A stretch of DNA of 64,000 nt, taken from Candidatus Fermentibacterota bacterium. Lineage in GTDB: Bacteria; Fermentibacterota; Fermentibacteria; Fermentibacterales; JCC-6. A model generated the notes under the pieces. It saw only the letters and a list, made by a program, of their open reading frames with translations, ran no database searches and was not told the DNA's origin. The position numbers and the translations under genes are program-made. Shown one piece after another: positions 28,224 to 37,001 of this stretch. Positions within the stretch are counted from its first letter, which is position 1. Each line of letters starts with the position of its first letter. The stretch covers positions 32,001-96,000 of the forward strand of contig CAWJQI010000004.1 in NCBI GenBank assembly GCA_963845085.1, read 5' to 3'.

Positions 28224-29573
28224 ATGCGCAAGGTCATGTACGTGCGGGATCCGGTGCACGGATCGGTGAAACTATCGCCGCTGCAGGAAGAACTGCTGAA
28301 GACCGTCGAGGTCCAGAGGCTAAGTTTCATCCACCAGCTCGGAACCACTTTTCAGTGCTATCCCGGAGCACATGGCATGAGGCTGGCCCACGCAGTGGGG
28401 GTTTCCCATCTGGCAGGTGTTATCGCAGCCCACCTGGCGAGCCGGAACCTTCCCTGCATCGACCCGCCCGGTGACGCATTCATGAACCTTCTTCAGGCAG
28501 CCGGAATGCTTCACGACATCGGTCACACACCCTGGTCGCACACTCTTGAGCCCCTGTATTCCGAAATCCACGGAACCGACCACATGGGACTGGTCGCCGA
28601 ACTCGTCACCGGTGCTTCCGTAATGGGCATCCCAGGGGCCGGACGAATCCCCGGCATCCTTCGCGAGTATGGCGTGGACCCCGAGAAGGTGGCCGACCTT
28701 GTGTGCAACCGCTACAAAGGCCCGGCTTTCGTCCAGCAGATCATCTTCGGTGAGGTCGACGCCGACATGCTCGACTACCTCCAGCGAGACTTTCACTTCA
28801 CCGGCGTTGCATACGGCCACATCGAGGCGGACCGGATAATCAGCACGATGACGGTGCACGACGGAATGCTGGTTTTCCAGCTGAAGGGGCTGGATGCCGT
28901 GCGAGATTTCCTTCTCGCTCGGTTTCACATGTACTCAAGCGTCTATCTTCACAGGAAGACCAGAATTGTCGATCAGATGCTGCTTGCCGCCGCCCGGAGA
29001 AGCATTCTTGAACTTGGGGAGCTTCCGGAATTCCACATCATGACGGACGACCAGCTTCTAAGCTACCTTGCGGATCAATCCAGTGATCCCTGGGTGAGGG
29101 AGATGGCATGGCGGGTAAAGTTCAGGCAGGGATTGTTCAGCCAGGTGTTCAGCATCGGCGCTCTGGCACGCTCGGCGAGGCATGCAGGCTTTCTGGCGGA
29201 GATATTCTCACACGGCCGCAATCCCGCCGAGACCACAATGATCATGGCCCGAAGGATCTCCGATGAATCGGGGGTCGACGCACGCTACATCATTGTCGAT
29301 CTGCCGGTTGAGGCTGTGAAAACGAGTGAGGAACGCTTCCAGAGGCTGGACATCAGGTTCATCGGTCAGGATGGAAGCCTTCGAACCATGGAGAACGTTG
29401 ATCCGGCCTTCTCACGCTACCTTGGGGAAATGAAGCCAAATAGAAGCCTCATCACGGTATGCTGTGCGCCCGAGTTCAAGGCAAAGGTGGCCGCCGCCTG
29501 CGAAAAACTCTTCATGGATTCAGTGATGCCGCTGTTCACGGCAGAAAGTCAGGAAAGCTCTCCGTCGAGGTAG
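28224..29573 (+). CDS. HD-domain phosphohydrolase (dNTP triphosphohydrolase/SAMHD1-like)
   Basis: RDPVHG, QRL..IHQLG, R.AH..GV, LHDIGH.PWSH and D.D..DYLQRD motifs; GGAGGAG RBS before ATG 28224. Confidence 0.9.
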   Translation: MRKVMYVRDPVHGSVKLSPLQEELLKTVEVQRLSFIHQLGTTFQCYPGAHGMRLAHAVGVSHLAGVIAAHLASRNLPCIDPPGDAFMNLLQAAGMLHDIGHTPWSHTLEPLYSEIHGTDHMGLVAELVTGASVMGIPGAGRIPGILREYGVDPEKVADLVCNRYKGPAFVQQIIFGEVDADMLDYLQRDFHFTGVAYGHIEADRIISTMTVHDGMLVFQLKGLDAVRDFLLARFHMYSSVYLHRKTRIVDQMLLAAARRSILELGELPEFHIMTDDQLLSYLADQSSDPWVREMAWRVKFRQGLFSQVFSIGALARSARHAGFLAEIFSHGRNPAETTMIMARRISDESGVDARYIIVDLPVEAVKTSEERFQRLDIRFIGQDGSLRTMENVDPAFSRYLGEMKPNRSLITVCCAPEFKAKVAAACEKLFMDSVMPLFTAESQESSPSR

Positions 29574-30361
29574 GTCGGAGCCGAGACAGCTCCGCATTTG
29601 CCGCAGGTGAACCGCAGGTGCTCCCACATTCCGATCGAGTTGAACCAGTTCACCCGGGATGCGTCCGGCCTCTGAATGACAGTGCCGCAGGACGGGCACT
29701 TCCACTCCTCCCCCCTGGCGCGTCGAATGCTTCTCAGGGCTTCCTCGAGAAGGGGAATGTACTGATGGTTGCCGTTCTTTTCTGCGATGCGGATGGGCGT
29801 GAGCCCCTTCCCGTTCCTGTGATATGCCTTGGCCCCGTGCTTGAGCAGGGTTCTTATGATGGTTTTTCTGTTCTTGCCAGCAACGGCGATGTGAAGGGGG
29901 GCGTCTCCGTCAGAGTTCTCGGCACCTGCATCGGCGCCGGCTGCGAGCAGCATGCGGCAGATCTCCTCCCTGCCTTCGTGAACGGATACATGAAGGGCCG
30001 ATTCGCCGGAAATTGAGGTGGCTGCAGGCGATGCGCCGGCTTCAAGAAATATTCTGACCACGTCCATGTTGCCGGCCCTGACAGCGAGGTGTATCGGTGA
30101 TTCCCCGCCTTCGCCCATCGGTTTGTTGATGTCGCCGCCCCTGGACACCAGGTTTCGCAGGATCGAGAGAAGCAGGCTGGGATCGATGCTTTCACTGCAG
30201 GCTCTTTCAACGACCGCCTGGACAAGGCTTTTACCTTCACGGGAGGCCTTGCCGGACATTTCGTATCGGCCGGCGGAAAGACTTGCGATCTTTTCCCAGT
30301 CGGGAGGCTGCTTGGCAACCTCACCGAGCATCTTGCGCAGATTACTGGTAAAAAGAGCCAA
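29549..30361 (-). CDS. Ankyrin-repeat protein with C-terminal zinc ribbon
   Basis: GESPIHLAV, GESALHVSV, GDAPLHIAV and GLTPIRIA repeats; C-terminal CPSC...CGKC. Confidence 0.88.
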   Translation of the reverse strand: MALFTSNLRKMLGEVAKQPPDWEKIASLSAGRYEMSGKASREGKSLVQAVVERACSESIDPSLLLSILRNLVSRGGDINKPMGEGGESPIHLAVRAGNMDVVRIFLEAGASPAATSISGESALHVSVHEGREEICRMLLAAGADAGAENSDGDAPLHIAVAGKNRKTIIRTLLKHGAKAYHRNGKGLTPIRIAEKNGNHQYIPLLEEALRSIRRARGEEWKCPSCGTVIQRPDASRVNWFNSIGMWEHLRFTCGKCGAVSAPTYLDGELS

Positions 30362-30419
30362 CTACCCCTCCAGTTGATGGCCCGCTTCTGACGGGGGACA
30401 CGCCGGGATTATGCGAAAT

Positions 30420-32543
30420 TTACTCCGGGGAGTCATCCCTGCCCCGCCTTACCTTTGCCGAGAGGGTGTTGACCAGTCTGACCAGTTCACCCGGAGGGCT
30501 CGGTTTCGGAAGGAATGCCACCCTGTCGTGCGAGAGCAATGCCTGTATTCCCTCGGGCTTCTCGTACCCGCTGGACAGAATTACCGCCATGCTGCCAAAG
30601 GCCTGAAGGCAGTGGGTTGCCACGCTGATCGAGGGAGTGCCGGGCATGTTCAGGTCGAGCACGATCACATCGAAACCCTCCCTCGACAACTCCTCCATTG
30701 CCTCGTCACCGTTGGCCACAGTGACAACCTGGAAATCCTGGGATCTGAGAAACTCTCCCAGCGTTTCCCTGACCAGATCGACGTCATCCGCAAGCAGAAC
30801 CCTCAGGGTTGTGTCGCCCGCAGCTGACTCAGCCTCATGCACCTCTGTTCCGCCGTGCGAGACGATCCCCTTGAGGACAAGGCAGAGTATGGTTTCCCCC
30901 ATACCCCTCTCAAAGCTTATCCAGCCTCCGAACTCAAGTGCTGCACGGTAGGCGGTGCCGTAGGCTGTGCCGAACTGCCTGTCAACATCAGCGGGTTCGT
31001 ACTCGCGGCCGGAGAAAACATCCCTGAGCTCGGGAGGCATGATCAACCCGTCCGAGTACCTGACGCAGATCCTGTTCCCCCTCTCCACATCGGGTGAAAG
31101 TATCTGCCTTGGAAGCCGGTCCGAAAGGTTCAGCCTTATCCTTCCTGTCCCGCCCTTCATCTGGTCGCTCGATGCAAGGGCAAGGCTGAAGAAGAACTGC
31201 CTGAGCAACCCCCTGTCGACCATTATCTTGTACCGTGAAACGCCCCCCGCCTCAACAGCGATGTTGAAAGGCATGACGCTTCGAAGAACCTGTGATATCC
31301 TGGCCATCTCATGGCTCGGGTCGCATATCCCCGATTCGCTGCCGGCATTGAGAAGGAGCAGCTGCAGTTCGCTGCAGACATCCGAAAGTTTGCCCGCTTC
31401 GCGCAGAATGTCCCGGAACCTGCCTGCGAGTTCCCAGTCAACCGTTGCCTCACGAATTCCAAGCGACGCCGCCCCGACAATTCCCGCCACCCTGTTGTTC
31501 AAATCATGGGCAAGACCTCTTACCATGCCCGAAAGCATCTCCTGTTCCTGGCGTCCTTCGGATTCGACCCCGACCCTGCCGGCGGGCTTCACTCCCCGGC
31601 CTTCCGGGAAAATGAACAGCACACCACCGATAAAAACATCACCCGCCTGTACAGGCTGGTACAGTATCTCGACCCTCTGCACGGCACCGGACGCCTTTAC
31701 AAGATCAACAGGTTCGCGAAAAGTGCTCCCGGCAGTGAGACACCGTTTCCTGAAGGCATCAGGAAGCGACACGAGGGAGGAAAGGTCCTTCGGTACGCTC
31801 TGCTGGTCGGGCTCCAGCATGGCCGCCGCACTGGTGCTTATTGCCACCACCATTCCCCGGCTGTCAACCAGCACCGCCGGAATACCCGAGTCACCTGTCA
31901 CTGTCTTCATGGCGGCCTCGTAAAGCTCCCTCTCGGGCGATATGCCGCCTGAGTCATGAAAACGCTGAATCTCAAGCCGTCGCCTCAACATGGACAGGAG
32001 TAGAACGGCGATAGGGCTGAGTGCTATTATTACTATCGATAGTATGGTGACAACTATACCATATCGGATGAACTCATACTTTTTTATTGTTTCATTCCAA
32101 AGTTTATCTGTGTATCGAAAAATGCTTTTACCCTGTGGATGTGTTCTCGTATATCTTATAATAAATGTCGCACTTTCGGATATTGCTGAACCGGCTGTCT
32201 CCAGTGGATCGCTGTCTCCCGATGCTCCGCGAATTATAACCAGTTGCGTCGATTCAAGACCGGATAATTCGTCATAGGCTGATAAATCAAGAGTATCCAC
32301 GGTCCCCGGCGCGGTGTCTTCAAGAAGCGCAGCGCTCTCCGCGATGGAGGCATATCGGTGCAACTGTCTTTCTCTTCGCGTTTCCGCCTCACGGAATGCG
32401 TTGCCCGAGTACAGCACCCACAGGACCGATGCGATTATTGCAAGCAGCACTCCGAACGCAATCGGAGCGAATATTTTCGCCAAGTCCCTGTTATCCCTTG
32501 AGATTCCCGAACGAATCGTCTCCAGGCTATGTGGCTGATTCAT
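30420..32543 (-). CDS. Membrane-bound hybrid histidine-kinase-like protein with receiver domain (ATP-binding boxes degenerate)
   Basis: Two TM helices, a PAS-like segment, H-box GLAHDLNN, and receiver LLADD...VLDLNMP...LPKP. Confidence 0.82.
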   Translation of the reverse strand: MNQPHSLETIRSGISRDNRDLAKIFAPIAFGVLLAIIASVLWVLYSGNAFREAETRRERQLHRYASIAESAALLEDTAPGTVDTLDLSAYDELSGLESTQLVIIRGASGDSDPLETAGSAISESATFIIRYTRTHPQGKSIFRYTDKLWNETIKKYEFIRYGIVVTILSIVIIALSPIAVLLLSMLRRRLEIQRFHDSGGISPERELYEAAMKTVTGDSGIPAVLVDSRGMVVAISTSAAAMLEPDQQSVPKDLSSLVSLPDAFRKRCLTAGSTFREPVDLVKASGAVQRVEILYQPVQAGDVFIGGVLFIFPEGRGVKPAGRVGVESEGRQEQEMLSGMVRGLAHDLNNRVAGIVGAASLGIREATVDWELAGRFRDILREAGKLSDVCSELQLLLLNAGSESGICDPSHEMARISQVLRSVMPFNIAVEAGGVSRYKIMVDRGLLRQFFFSLALASSDQMKGGTGRIRLNLSDRLPRQILSPDVERGNRICVRYSDGLIMPPELRDVFSGREYEPADVDRQFGTAYGTAYRAALEFGGWISFERGMGETILCLVLKGIVSHGGTEVHEAESAAGDTTLRVLLADDVDLVRETLGEFLRSQDFQVVTVANGDEAMEELSREGFDVIVLDLNMPGTPSISVATHCLQAFGSMAVILSSGYEKPEGIQALLSHDRVAFLPKPSPPGELVRLVNTLSAKVRRGRDDSPE

Positions 32544-32614
32544 AGTGGTTTTTCCCTTCAGATGGCTTCATACACGCAACATGACTTCATTCGAGGGAAA
32601 ACGCAAGGAGTAAA

Positions 32615-32643
32615 TTGACATGCCTGAAACAATCCCTTATTAT
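32615..32643 (+). promoter_or_regulatory. Sigma70-type promoter upstream of the recombinase gene
   Basis: TTGACA-N17-TATTAT in an AT-rich intergenic region. Confidence 0.7.
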
Positions 32644-32700
32644 TTCATGTACCTGCGGTAATCGACCAAGCATGCGGGACCGGAAAGGAAAGTAAAAACC

Positions 32701-33537
32701 ATGGATTACATTGAAAGAACCAAAAGGCAGCTTGCCGAAACAGGCAGAAGCCCAAAAACCGCCAACAGCTACATTTCGCACCTCAGAAGGCTCGTAGGCC
32801 ATTTCGGTGATGAAACCGGAACTCTCGAACCAGAGGCGCTCAGAGGCTATCTCGAAGAGATGGTTGAGGAAGGCAAATCCCTTTCCTATCTCAACCAGGC
32901 TCAGAGTGCAATAAGGTACCTTTACACCCAGGTACTCGACAAGGCAAACCCGCTTCCCAGCCCCAGCGTCATTGCCAAAAGGATCCCCCTGCACGGGCTT
33001 TTCGCCCGCGAGGAGATTGCGGCACTCTTCCAGCATGTGCATGAACTCAAGTACCGCCTGGCTCTCATGTTCATTTATTCCAGCGGTCTCAGGGTGAGCG
33101 AAACTGCGATCCTCAAGCGTGAAAATGTTGACATGGCCAATCACATCATCCATGTCTATTCCTTCGAGGGCGATTACCAGCGCGACACCATTCTGTCACG
33201 CAAGGCCGGACGAATTCTCGGCCAGTACCTTGAACTGCGCACCGACCCCTCCCCCTACCTGTTCCCCGGCAGGGCGCACACGAGTTATGTCTCGGCCAGA
33301 ACCATTCAGCGCGCATTTATTGACGCTCTGGATGAGGCCGGCATAACAAAGCGCGCCACCCTTGGCTGGCTTCGCCACAGCTTCGCTGTTCATCTTCTGG
33401 AAGACGGGGTCGACAGGCGTCTTGTTCAGAAGCTTCTTGGCATAACCACGCCATCCATGATCACACCTTACCTCAAGCTTGCCAAAGACCGCTCTGAGCT
33501 CAGGGTAATGAGCCCTCTCGACCGCTTCGACATCTAG
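32701..33537 (+). CDS. Tyrosine recombinase / integrase family protein with degenerate active site
   Basis: N-terminal SAM-like domain (SPKTANSY, SYLNQAQSAIRYLY), YSSGLRVSE, WLRHSFAVHLLE.G.D, VQKLLG and C-terminal SPLD. Confidence 0.88.
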   Translation: MDYIERTKRQLAETGRSPKTANSYISHLRRLVGHFGDETGTLEPEALRGYLEEMVEEGKSLSYLNQAQSAIRYLYTQVLDKANPLPSPSVIAKRIPLHGLFAREEIAALFQHVHELKYRLALMFIYSSGLRVSETAILKRENVDMANHIIHVYSFEGDYQRDTILSRKAGRILGQYLELRTDPSPYLFPGRAHTSYVSARTIQRAFIDALDEAGITKRATLGWLRHSFAVHLLEDGVDRRLVQKLLGITTPSMITPYLKLAKDRSELRVMSPLDRFDI

Positions 33538-33548
33538 TGCAATTGCCA

Positions 33549-33576
33549 GGCCGGGGGGAGCACATTCCCCCCGGCC
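33549..33576. terminator. Hairpin between convergent genes
   Basis: GGCCGGGGGG-N8-CCCCCCGGCC perfect 10-bp stem. Confidence 0.65.
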
Positions 33577-33581
33577 CGCCT

Positions 33582-35075
33582 CTACCTTATAAAAGTCACT
33601 TTTTCCGTGAAAAGCCCTGACGCCGTCTGCATTCTCGCAATGTAGCAACCGGTGGACAGGGCTATCGAACAAGCGGAATCTCCGGAGTCCATCCTGCCGG
33701 TGAACACAAGTCTCCCCGCGAGATCGAACAGTGCGATCTCCACGGGCGATTCCAACTGCTGAGCGAATCGAAGTGATCCGCAGGCCGGATTCAGAAGCAG
33801 TGGCGCATATTCATCGTCGCCGGAAATCAGCCCCAGTTCCGTCGAACTGGCCAGGGCCCAGGCATGCACAGGTGTTGACTCCTGGTCCTGAAGACCGGCA
33901 ATCACCACGGGGCTCGGGTATCCAAGCGCGGCAACGGATACGTTGTAGACACGCTCATCGAAGGGCATCTGCCAGACCAGCTCGCCAGTGAGCGCATTGA
34001 TAAGGCTGACGGTCCTTCCGTTCACTGAAGCTGCAGCCACACAGGGCACTTCCTGCCCTTCGATCAGGACAGGATCAACCCAGGCGACCGACCAGGTATT
34101 CGTGCCGGCGGGAAATGTCCAGATGACTTCGCCGTCTGCACCGCTCAAGCAGGTCACTCCGGCGTTGTCGGCAGCCAGGGCGACCTCGCCGGTTCCATCT
34201 CCGTTCAGGTCTGGTCCGCCAGCGATCTCCATATACATCCCGGCGCCCTCATGACTCCATTGAAGAGTCCCTCCTGAATCGTAACAGACGGCCTTTCCGT
34301 TGAATGTGCAGAACAGCGCCAGCGGGTTGGTGTCAGCCCTGTCCGCAATGCCGGTGCACATGCAGTCGCCCCCCGGGCTGTTCTGCCACAGGGGGGCTCC
34401 GGAGGCACTGGAAACAAGCCGAGCGGTCTGGGTCGTGTAGCTGTTGCCCCCTATCGCTGCGAGGATGTCGCCATATCCGTCATTGTCAACGTCGGTGAAG
34501 AGACAGATGGATTCGACAGCATCAGGCTGCCATGCGGTCCAGAGCGAGTCACCGGTGGCCCCGTTCAGACACGCCAGAAGGCCCGTGTTTGAAGAACCCG
34601 ATGTCCCGAAGCCCCCTGCCGCTTCCGGCACCCCGTCGCCGGTGATGTCGGGCAGCACCGCACAGCTGTATCCCCAGCCGGTATAAGCCGGCATTACCTC
34701 GCATGCGGCCCATTGCCACAGGGTTGTACCGTCGGCCCCCGACACGAGTCTCAGGGTTCTTCCGGGCGGTTCATATCCGCCAGGAGTGGCCATCAGGAGC
34801 TCGTTCGCGTTGTCGCCATTCAGGTCGGGGAACATCAGAAAACCTTCGTCGGAATAAATCCCGTTGTGCGCGTCGCTGGTCCAGAGAACCGAGCCGTCCG
34901 CCCCTGAGAGGGTCCAGACAGTCGGTTCATCATCCCAGAAATTCACGCCCGAGGCAACATCACTCACCCCGTCGCCGTTCAGATCCCCCATGTCCGCGGT
35001 GCAGTAGACCCCTCCGCTGGTGACGTTGGACCAGAGCACCTCGGGCAGCTGGGTGACAAGAAGCAGAACAAGCAT
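33582..35075 (-). CDS. Secreted FG-GAP/PQQ-like beta-propeller protein with T9SS-type CTD
   Basis: Repeats of D(L/I/V)xxDGxx(D/E) followed by SGADG..LW; CTD FDLAGR...STGCYIARM...KVTFIR; GGAGGGAG RBS before ATG 35075. Confidence 0.82.
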   Translation of the reverse strand: MLVLLLVTQLPEVLWSNVTSGGVYCTADMGDLNGDGVSDVASGVNFWDDEPTVWTLSGADGSVLWTSDAHNGIYSDEGFLMFPDLNGDNANELLMATPGGYEPPGRTLRLVSGADGTTLWQWAACEVMPAYTGWGYSCAVLPDITGDGVPEAAGGFGTSGSSNTGLLACLNGATGDSLWTAWQPDAVESICLFTDVDNDGYGDILAAIGGNSYTTQTARLVSSASGAPLWQNSPGGDCMCTGIADRADTNPLALFCTFNGKAVCYDSGGTLQWSHEGAGMYMEIAGGPDLNGDGTGEVALAADNAGVTCLSGADGEVIWTFPAGTNTWSVAWVDPVLIEGQEVPCVAAASVNGRTVSLINALTGELVWQMPFDERVYNVSVAALGYPSPVVIAGLQDQESTPVHAWALASSTELGLISGDDEYAPLLLNPACGSLRFAQQLESPVEIALFDLAGRLVFTGRMDSGDSACSIALSTGCYIARMQTASGLFTEKVTFIR

Positions 35076-35137
35076 GACATTCTCCCTCCGTCTGACATCC
35101 GCAGGAAGAATGATCAATGAAGTAACGATATGCAAGC

Positions 35138-35161
35138 GCGGGGACGGGAGACCGTCCCCGC
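35138..35161. terminator. Hairpin downstream of hydA
   Basis: GCGGGGACGG-GAGA-CCGTCCCCGC perfect 10-bp stem. Confidence 0.65.
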
Positions 35162-35222
35162 TTTATGATGTTGCCGGTGCCGCTTTCAGGCTGACAAACT
35201 AACTAATCTTAGTCCGTCCCCC

Positions 35223-37001
35223 CTAGGTCTTTTCGCGGGGGGTGTAGGTGGTGTGAAGAAGCTTGTGGGATGTGTGGCCAAGCGGTTTTTCGAGGAACTC
35301 GGCATAGATCAGCTGGATCTCGGGGTTCTCGTGGGACTTCCTGAGAGGAAGCCTCTCGTCCTCGGCGTAGATGGCCTTCATCCTGGCAAGCCTGTGCTGC
35401 ATGTCGGTGGGTATGGGCTGTCCGCCACCGCCGATGCAGCCGCCCGGGCAGGCCATGATCTCGATGAAGTGGTAGTCGGCCTCGCCGCTCTCAACCCTGC
35501 GCATGAGTTTGTCGGCGTTGGCGAGACCGTGCGCAATGGCCACCCTGAGGGTTGCCCCGGCAAGAAACTCCCAGCCCTGGGCCATTTTGGCGGGCATCGG
35601 GATGGAAGCCTCCTTGATGCCGTCCATTCCCCTCACTGCACAGATGTTAAGGCCGGGGAAGGGAACCTCGGAGCCGGTCACCACCTCGTACGCCGTACGA
35701 AGCGCTGCTTCCATCACCCCTCCGGTTGCACCGAAAATCGCCGCTGCGCCTGTCGATTCCCCCATGAACCTGTCGAACTTCTCCTCGGGCAGGGTGTCAA
35801 ACCTGATCCCCGCGGCCTTGATCATCCTGGCCAGCTCGCGCGTTGTAAGAACGTAATCGACATCACGGTAGCCGCTGTCCTGCATCTCGGGCCTCTGCTT
35901 CTCGAATTTCTTCGCGGTGCAGGGCATTATGGAGACGCTGACCACGCTGGCCGGATCCACGCCCTCCTTCTTCGCCAGGTAAGTTTTGGCGAGGGCGCCG
36001 AACATCTGCTGGGGGCTCTTGCAGGTCGAGAGGTTTGGGAGAAGGTCTGAATGCTTGTGCTCGATGAACTTGATCCATCCCGGCGAACAGCTCGTGATCA
36101 TGGGGAGGGCGACGGGTCCGCCGTCCACCAGGGCTTTCTTCAGCCTGAAGAGCAGCTCGTGCCCCTCTTCCATGATCGTGAGGTCGGCGCTGAAATCGGT
36201 GTCGAGCACCCTGTTGAAGCCCAGCCTCCGGAGAGCGGCCGCCATCTGGCCGGTGTTGTGGTCGGTCGGCAGACCCATGGCCTCGGCGATGCCGACCCTC
36301 ACTGCGGGCGCGGTCTGAACCACCACGAACTTGTCGGGGTCCTCGATCGCCCTGAACACCTCCTCGATCTCGCTTCTTTCGAAAAGAGCGCCGGTGGGGC
36401 AGCGGTTAATGCACTGGCCGCACTGGGTGCAGGAGACCTCGGCAAGGCCGAGGTCGGCAAATGTGCCGATATGGACCTCACCGGACCTGCCCATGGGTTT
36501 GATCACGGCAACACTCTGCAGTTCCTCGCATGTGCGTACGCACCTTGTGCACATCACGCACTTCGATTCGTCCCGCACCACGCCGGGGCTCACCTCGCAG
36601 CAGCTTTCAGGCTTGTCCGTGGTCTGGTACGGGTTCCAGGTGATGTCGTACCTCTCGGCAAGATCCTGCAGTTCGCAGTTCCTGTTGCGCTCGCACTCGG
36701 GGCAGTTCGAGTTGTGTCCGGCCAGGATCAGGGAAAGCATTGTCTTTCTGGACTTTCTCACCCTGGCGCTGTCGGTGAGCACCTTCATGTTCGGTGTCAC
36801 GGGGGTTATGCAGGCGGCAGTGAGGGTCTTCCAGCCCTCCACCTCGACAACGCAGAGCCTGCAGTTACCGGCCGTGGAAAGGTCGGGATGGTAGCACAGT
36901 GTCGGGATGTCTATTCCGCTCTCACGGCATGCTTCAAGCACCGTGACACCTTCCCGCACCATGATGTCCCTGCCGTTTACGTTCAGGTTAATGCTGGGCA
37001 T
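35223..37001 (-). CDS. hydA: [FeFe]-hydrogenase catalytic subunit (group A3-type)
   Basis: N-terminal 2Fe-2S (IPTLC...CRLCVVE), His-ligated cluster and two CxxCxxCxxxC ferredoxin motifs; H-cluster motifs TSCSPGW, MPCTAKKFE and EIMACPGGCIGGGGQP. Confidence 0.95.
   Translation of the reverse strand: MPSINLNVNGRDIMVREGVTVLEACRESGIDIPTLCYHPDLSTAGNCRLCVVEVEGWKTLTAACITPVTPNMKVLTDSARVRKSRKTMLSLILAGHNSNCPECERNRNCELQDLAERYDITWNPYQTTDKPESCCEVSPGVVRDESKCVMCTRCVRTCEELQSVAVIKPMGRSGEVHIGTFADLGLAEVSCTQCGQCINRCPTGALFERSEIEEVFRAIEDPDKFVVVQTAPAVRVGIAEAMGLPTDHNTGQMAAALRRLGFNRVLDTDFSADLTIMEEGHELLFRLKKALVDGGPVALPMITSCSPGWIKFIEHKHSDLLPNLSTCKSPQQMFGALAKTYLAKKEGVDPASVVSVSIMPCTAKKFEKQRPEMQDSGYRDVDYVLTTRELARMIKAAGIRFDTLPEEKFDRFMGESTGAAAIFGATGGVMEAALRTAYEVVTGSEVPFPGLNICAVRGMDGIKEASIPMPAKMAQGWEFLAGATLRVAIAHGLANADKLMRRVESGEADYHFIEIMACPGGCIGGGGQPIPTDMQHRLARMKAIYAEDERLPLRKSHENPEIQLIYAEFLEKPLGHTSHKLLHTTYTPREKT

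Noticed and set aside
32020..32300. AT-rich patch inside the hybrid kinase gene
   Set aside because: The reading frame is continuous and encodes the periplasmic loop and TM helix; no element boundaries or repeats are present.
32544..35100. Integron (IntI plus cassette array)
   Set aside because: The protein ends in SPLD like IntI but lacks the IntI-specific insertion and key catalytic residues. No attI or attC structures were seen in the flanks.
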